In this document: positions 60,286 through 64,000 of the stretch, piece after piece
Layout: every line of letters starts with the position of its first letter
Position numbering within the stretch: position 1 is the stretch's first letter
The notes under the pieces: generated by a model
What the model saw: the letters and a program-made list of their open reading frames with translations, nothing else
Told to the model about the DNA's origin: nothing
Database searches by the model: none
Made by a program: the position numbers and the translations under genes
From: Acidimicrobiia bacterium
Lineage (GTDB): Bacteria; Actinomycetota; Acidimicrobiia; Spongiisociales; ZC4RG35
Assembly: GCA_036374335.1 (NCBI GenBank)
Contig: DASUUC010000085.1
Coordinates: 1,193 to 65,192 of the forward strand
DNA: 64,000 nucleotides
Direction: 5' to 3'

Positions 60286-61485
60286 ATGGCCGACGTGAAC
60301 GGCCATTCCGGTGACTGCTGGTGCCATTACATTCCGCATCTGATTGCGGTTCGACCAGAACAGAAGACAGAGGCCAGCGAAATCTCCGGCGGGAGGGAGT
60401 TGGAGAACGGCGAAGCCTGTCAGATCCTGGACGGTCTCGATCATGAGATCGTAGGTGAGATTCTCGACGCCGTCGGAGTGCTCAGGGTAGATGCAGCGGA
60501 TCCGCATGAACTCGTCGCCGATCTCAACTCGGGTGGGATCGACGCTTCCCCGGTCCATGGCGTGGGATATCTCGGGCATGGTGGATTCCAAGGATCTGAA
60601 CCGTCCCCGGCACCCACCATTGAGATCCCAGATCCCGGCAGAGGCGGAGACGAGATCATCGCAGTCGTCGATTCCGGGATAGTTCCCGACGATGACCTTC
60701 CCGCCTGGATGGACGATCCCAACGTCCGCAGCGAGCGCCCCATCGACACAGATACTCTGCCCGCCAAGCATCCTGTGGGCCATGGCACGTTCGTGACGAG
60801 CCTGATCCGACGGATCGCCCCCGAGCACCGGGTCTCGATCACGTCGGCGCGACCCGACCCGGGCTACCTGGTCAGCAACGATCCTGACCACAAACCTGCT
60901 CCACCGCCTACGGATGAGCTGAACGTGCTCGGTGCAGTGCTCCGGCTTCTACGGCGCCACTCCGACGACGGAAAGCTGGTGAGCGCTCTGAACCTCTCGC
61001 TGGGTGTTCACGCCTGCCCCGGAGCTGAGTACGAGCGGTTCGTGGCGTTGCGAAGGGCTTGTGAGCTCTGGGTGGAGCGTTTCGGAGACCAGGCTCCGAT
61101 CTTCGCCGCAGCAGGCAATAGTCTCTGCCCACAGCCGTTGTACCCGGCGGCGTTCAGCCGGGACAGCAAGTTCCAGGGCCACATCCATGGTGTAGCCGCC
61201 GCCCGGGAGTGCGCCAGGGAGGGTGAGATCAAGGTCTGGGACCGAGGAGTGGAAGTCCCGGCTCCGCACCGCGATTGGGTCACCGACGCCGCACCGGGAT
61301 GCGACGTCTTCGGCCTATCCGGTAAGGATCCCGATCATGTGGTGAAGTGGAGTGGCAGCTCACATGCCACGGCCGTGGTCAGCGCGGGCCATGTCATCGG
61401 GCTCTCGTCCGCCTCCGATGGGGGCGTCCGCTGGTGGGCCGACCGGGCCGTCACCTACCGGGGCGTACCCAACCTGATGCCCTGA
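60286..61485 (+). CDS. Signal-less (probably cytoplasmic) S8 subtilisin-family serine peptidase with an uncharacterised ~125-aa N-terminal region
   Basis: 399 aa. AGGAGG lies 8 nt upstream of ATG 60286. Asp-His-Ser triad contexts in order: IAVVDSGI, VGHGTFV, WSGSSHATAVVSAG. Oxyanion-hole-like AAAGNS. The N-terminal 100 codons are shadowed by an antisense ORF (see rejected items). Confidence 0.7.
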   Translation: MADVNGHSGDCWCHYIPHLIAVRPEQKTEASEISGGRELENGEACQILDGLDHEIVGEILDAVGVLRVDAADPHELVADLNSGGIDASPVHGVGYLGHGGFQGSEPSPAPTIEIPDPGRGGDEIIAVVDSGIVPDDDLPAWMDDPNVRSERPIDTDTLPAKHPVGHGTFVTSLIRRIAPEHRVSITSARPDPGYLVSNDPDHKPAPPPTDELNVLGAVLRLLRRHSDDGKLVSALNLSLGVHACPGAEYERFVALRRACELWVERFGDQAPIFAAAGNSLCPQPLYPAAFSRDSKFQGHIHGVAAARECAREGEIKVWDRGVEVPAPHRDWVTDAAPGCDVFGLSGKDPDHVVKWSGSSHATAVVSAGHVIGLSSASDGGVRWWADRAVTYRGVPNLMP

Positions 61486-61511
61486 CCACTGGCTCACATC
61501 ACTGAAGAGAA

Positions 61512-61540
61512 GCGCCCCGGGTGGTGAGCCACCGGGGCGC
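61512..61540 (+). terminator. GC-rich hairpin downstream of the S8 peptidase gene
   Basis: gcgccccgggtgg-tgag-ccaccggggcgc (12 bp with one bulge), 27 nt after the stop. No U-tract. Confidence 0.6.
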
Positions 61541-61557
61541 CTCTCCGTTGCCCTGCA

Positions 61558-61581
61558 GTCGTGCGGTCGCTGACGCACGAC
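61558..61581 (-). terminator. Perfect 8-bp hairpin downstream of the 65-aa minus-strand ORF
   Basis: gtcgtgcg-gtcgctga-cgcacgac, 10 nt after the TAG at 61592-61594. Confidence 0.45.
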
Positions 61582-61591
61582 TACGGGAGGA

Positions 61592-61789
61592 CTAATAAGC
61601 GGGACTTGCGGGGTGGACCTTGCCGTCTCGATCGCGAGACCCCACACCGGCGAGCCCTCGGGCCAGTGCCATCAGCAACTCGTATAGTGAGGGGCCCCCG
61701 CCTGCACGGGACCGTTTCGGGGACTGATCCCTCGAATCCGGGCCATACCTGTGCTCCCGCATCGCTTCAACCTGTTGGAAAGTGAACAT
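61592..61789 (-). CDS. Hypothetical 65-aa protein
   Basis: GAAGGGAG lies 6 nt upstream of ATG 61789, and a hairpin follows the stop. No recognised motif (MFTFQQVEAMREHRYGPDSRDQ...). Confidence 0.35.
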   Translation of the reverse strand: MFTFQQVEAMREHRYGPDSRDQSPKRSRAGGGPSLYELLMALARGLAGVGSRDRDGKVHPASPAY

Positions 61790-61866
61790 GTGGTCTCCCT
61801 TCGGGAATCTCGCTCCCTCTTCGGTATGGAAGAGTCAGTGAGACCTCTGTTGATACATCCCGTCGA

Positions 61867-63966
61867 TCACGTGTTGAGCACCACCACAGAACACGGCGAA
61901 TCCCTGATGATCCGCTCGACCCGGGGGCCCAGGAAGAGACGCTGGGTGCCGACGCGGACACTGGTACCGAGCACCATCAAGTCGACCCCGCGGCTGGCCC
62001 GGTCCACGATGCTTGCGGTCATCGCACCACCCATGAGCACCTCGGAGAGGACAGACACGCCCGAGCTCTCTCCGGCCTGACGTAGCTCGGTGACGATCTC
62101 CTGGCCGATCTCCATCCGAGTCGCCGCCGAGGAGGCGCGGCCTATCCCCGACTCGCTCCCTGATTCGGGATCGACCACATGAATCAACAGCACCGTGGTC
62201 TCCCGCCCGGCGACGGCGAACGCGAAGTCGGCTGCCCGGGTCGCGGCATGGCTGCCACCCGTAGGGACCATGATGGTCCGCGGCGGCCACTGATCGCCCC
62301 GGGCGGTGAAGACCAGAGACGGACACGGGGCGAGACGCACCACTTCGTCGATGACCGACCCGAAAAGCGACTCGTCATCCGGATGGTCCTCGGTGGCACC
62401 CAGGGCAACGAGATCGAATCCCTTAGCTGCTTCGTCGACGATGGCCCTCACCGGATCGCCTCTCACCACGCGCCGCTTCATGGTCAGTCCCCTGGGGAAC
62501 GACGCTGCCACGGTCTTCAGGTACCTATCGGCGAGCTCGGTCTCCGTATCGTCGACGACGGAGAGAAGAGTGACCTGAGCGCCGGGCTCGCCGACCGCGG
62601 CGAGTGCCGACGCCTCCAGCGACCTCAGCTCGTCCCCTCCCCTGTCCCTGACCCGAACCGGGAGAAGTGCGCGACGAAATACAAGGCGGCTGTCCTCCGG
62701 GACCTCCTCCTCGCCTTCACCAAACACCAACTTGAGCCCAACTGGCGCCATCACGGAGGTCAAGAGCGAGGTCACCACCACCATCGAATAGATCTCGACG
62801 CCGAAAATGCCCATCGACAAACCAACCGTGGCGACCACGATCCCGAGGACACCTCGGGCGTTGAGGGCGATCCCGTAGCCAAGGGCATCGCGTCTGGGAG
62901 TTCTGGCCAACCAGCGGGCGCCGAGATAGCCCCCACCGAGCTTCCCGGCTGCAGCCACCAGAAAGAGCAACAAGGTCATAACCAACAACCCGGGCTCGAG
63001 CAGCTGGTCGATGCGCAAACGAAGGCCCGCCGTGGCCAGGAAGATCGGAGCGAAGACGCCGTTGGTGACGCTCTCCAGTTTGTGGGTCACGTCGATCGGC
63101 ATCTGGCGAACCTGGCCGAAGAGGACCCCCACGGCGAACGCCCCGAGTATTGGCTCGAGATGAAGCCATTGTGAGAAAGCGCCCCACCCGAAGGCGAGTG
63201 CCACGACGAACGTGAGTGCCATGTCACGGGACGTCGAGAGATCGATGATGAAGCCCAGCGCCCAGCGGACCGGTCGAGCCAGGAGATACGTCGCCGCGAA
63301 GAAGAGGACGATCGCTCCAATGGTTGCCGCCACTGCTCCCACCGTGAGCACCCCGGCGGATGCCAGGGAGATCACCATTCCCAAGAGGGCCCAACCGGTC
63401 ATGTCGTCGATCATCCCGGCGGCGAGGGCGGTCTGACCGAATTCGCGCTTGAGCAATCGGAGGTCGGAAAGGATCTTGGCCAACACCGGTATCGCGGAGA
63501 GAGCGAGAGCGACGGCGAGGAACAGGGCGAACACGGTCCGGTCTTCACCGGCTAGCAACGACGCGGGAGCGAACAGGGCAGCGAGGAATCCGAAGGCAAA
63601 CGGCACCACCAAGCCGCCAAATCCCACACCGGCGGCGGCCCGCCAACGAGTCTTGATGAGACTCAAATCGGTTTCTAGCCCGACCACGATCATCAAGAAC
63701 AGGATGCCGATGAGAGCTATCGAGTCGAGTAGCTGTGACTGAACCTCGGTCTGGGGCAGGAGCCAAGCGCCGAATCCCGGCAGGAGCCCGGACAGAAGCG
63801 ACGGTCCGAGGATGACCCCTGCAAGGATCTCACCCACCACTGCGGGCTGGCGGAGCCTGCGGGCCAGTTCCCCGAGCAGACGGGCCGAAGCCAACAGCAC
63901 GCCGACCGAGAAGACGAGTTTCAGCAGGTCCCCGTGGGATATGCCCGGAAAAGCATCCAACCGCAC
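61867..63966 (-). CDS. CPA2-family cation:proton antiporter fused to two C-terminal universal stress protein (USP) domains
   Basis: 699 aa. Kef/NapA-type N-terminus (LLGELARRLRQPAVVGEILAGVILGPS) with about 12 TM helices. Two USP-like repeats follow (DLVALGATE...LAPCPSLVF; DLMVLGTSV...DSPCSVVVL). Confidence 0.85.
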   Translation of the reverse strand: MRLDAFPGISHGDLLKLVFSVGVLLASARLLGELARRLRQPAVVGEILAGVILGPSLLSGLLPGFGAWLLPQTEVQSQLLDSIALIGILFLMIVVGLETDLSLIKTRWRAAAGVGFGGLVVPFAFGFLAALFAPASLLAGEDRTVFALFLAVALALSAIPVLAKILSDLRLLKREFGQTALAAGMIDDMTGWALLGMVISLASAGVLTVGAVAATIGAIVLFFAATYLLARPVRWALGFIIDLSTSRDMALTFVVALAFGWGAFSQWLHLEPILGAFAVGVLFGQVRQMPIDVTHKLESVTNGVFAPIFLATAGLRLRIDQLLEPGLLVMTLLLFLVAAAGKLGGGYLGARWLARTPRRDALGYGIALNARGVLGIVVATVGLSMGIFGVEIYSMVVVTSLLTSVMAPVGLKLVFGEGEEEVPEDSRLVFRRALLPVRVRDRGGDELRSLEASALAAVGEPGAQVTLLSVVDDTETELADRYLKTVAASFPRGLTMKRRVVRGDPVRAIVDEAAKGFDLVALGATEDHPDDESLFGSVIDEVVRLAPCPSLVFTARGDQWPPRTIMVPTGGSHAATRAADFAFAVAGRETTVLLIHVVDPESGSESGIGRASSAATRMEIGQEIVTELRQAGESSGVSVLSEVLMGGAMTASIVDRASRGVDLMVLGTSVRVGTQRLFLGPRVERIIRDSPCSVVVLNT

Positions 63967-64000
63967 ACACCTTCCTCTGTGCCTACGGGGTTAGCTGACG

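Noticed and set aside
60268-60891. 207-aa minus-strand ORF (or 103 aa from ATG 60579) antisense to the 5' part of the S8 peptidase gene, positioned just upstream of the CHAT gene.
   Set aside because: The plus-strand ATG 60286 has a near-perfect AGGAGG 8 nt upstream, and the plus frame runs on into the S8 catalytic domain. The minus ATG has only a weak GGAA. The C-terminal 100 aa of the minus ORF look protein-like, so this is rejected with low certainty and flagged in the findings.
1-64000. Search by eye for CRISPR arrays, tRNA/rRNA/tmRNA genes, IS elements, integrases and long direct repeats.
   Set aside because: I saw no regularly spaced repeat-spacer pattern, no tRNA-like T-arm/acceptor motifs, and no transposase- or integrase-like translations in any frame. 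The only dispersed repeats found are the two short hairpin families reported above. A computational scan (tRNAscan-SE, Infernal, CRISPRCasFinder, ISEScan) would be needed to be definitive.

Overview
High-GC, gene-dense chromosomal segment that looks actinobacterial (mid-60s % GC by eye, and it contains a conservon). I found no rRNA, tRNA, CRISPR array, transposase or integrase. Contents from left to right:
- A PAS sensor-kinase-like gene converging on a complete conservon (cvnABCD).
- A divergent pair of secreted enzymes: a 5'-nucleotidase and an ExeM/NucH-type nuclease.
- Assorted small genes: MetE-like, NmrA-like, YceI/MarR, DUF4870, a lipoprotein, an HEXXH protein and a LiaF-like protein.
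- proB plus a proA-like gene.
- A ~14-kb, 11-gene, translationally coupled minus-strand operon (18042-32313). It combines a CUT2-type ABC importer, two paralogous amidohydrolases (one fused to a permease), orphan TPP-dependent E1 alpha/beta subunits, an M24 creatinase-like hydrolase, a bicupin, a HIBADH-like reductase and an LhgO-like oxidase.
- Two amidohydrolase-3/RidA gene pairs flanking a Liv-type ABC importer.
- A complete trpEGDCFBA operon with a Trp-Trp-Trp leader peptide and an attenuator.
- At the right end, an operon of TPR-CHAT protease, ECF sigma factor and a 153-aa partner, divergent from a signal-less S8 subtilase. This is my best candidate for an undescribed system: a protease-gated sigma switch or conflict module with Craspase-like logic but no CRISPR.

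Two families of structured intergenic repeats, four copies each, mark operon ends. Family 1 is a 47-nt element that abuts or supplies stop codons. All functional calls come from by-eye motif recognition in the supplied translations and from reading the DNA; no database search or computation was possible.
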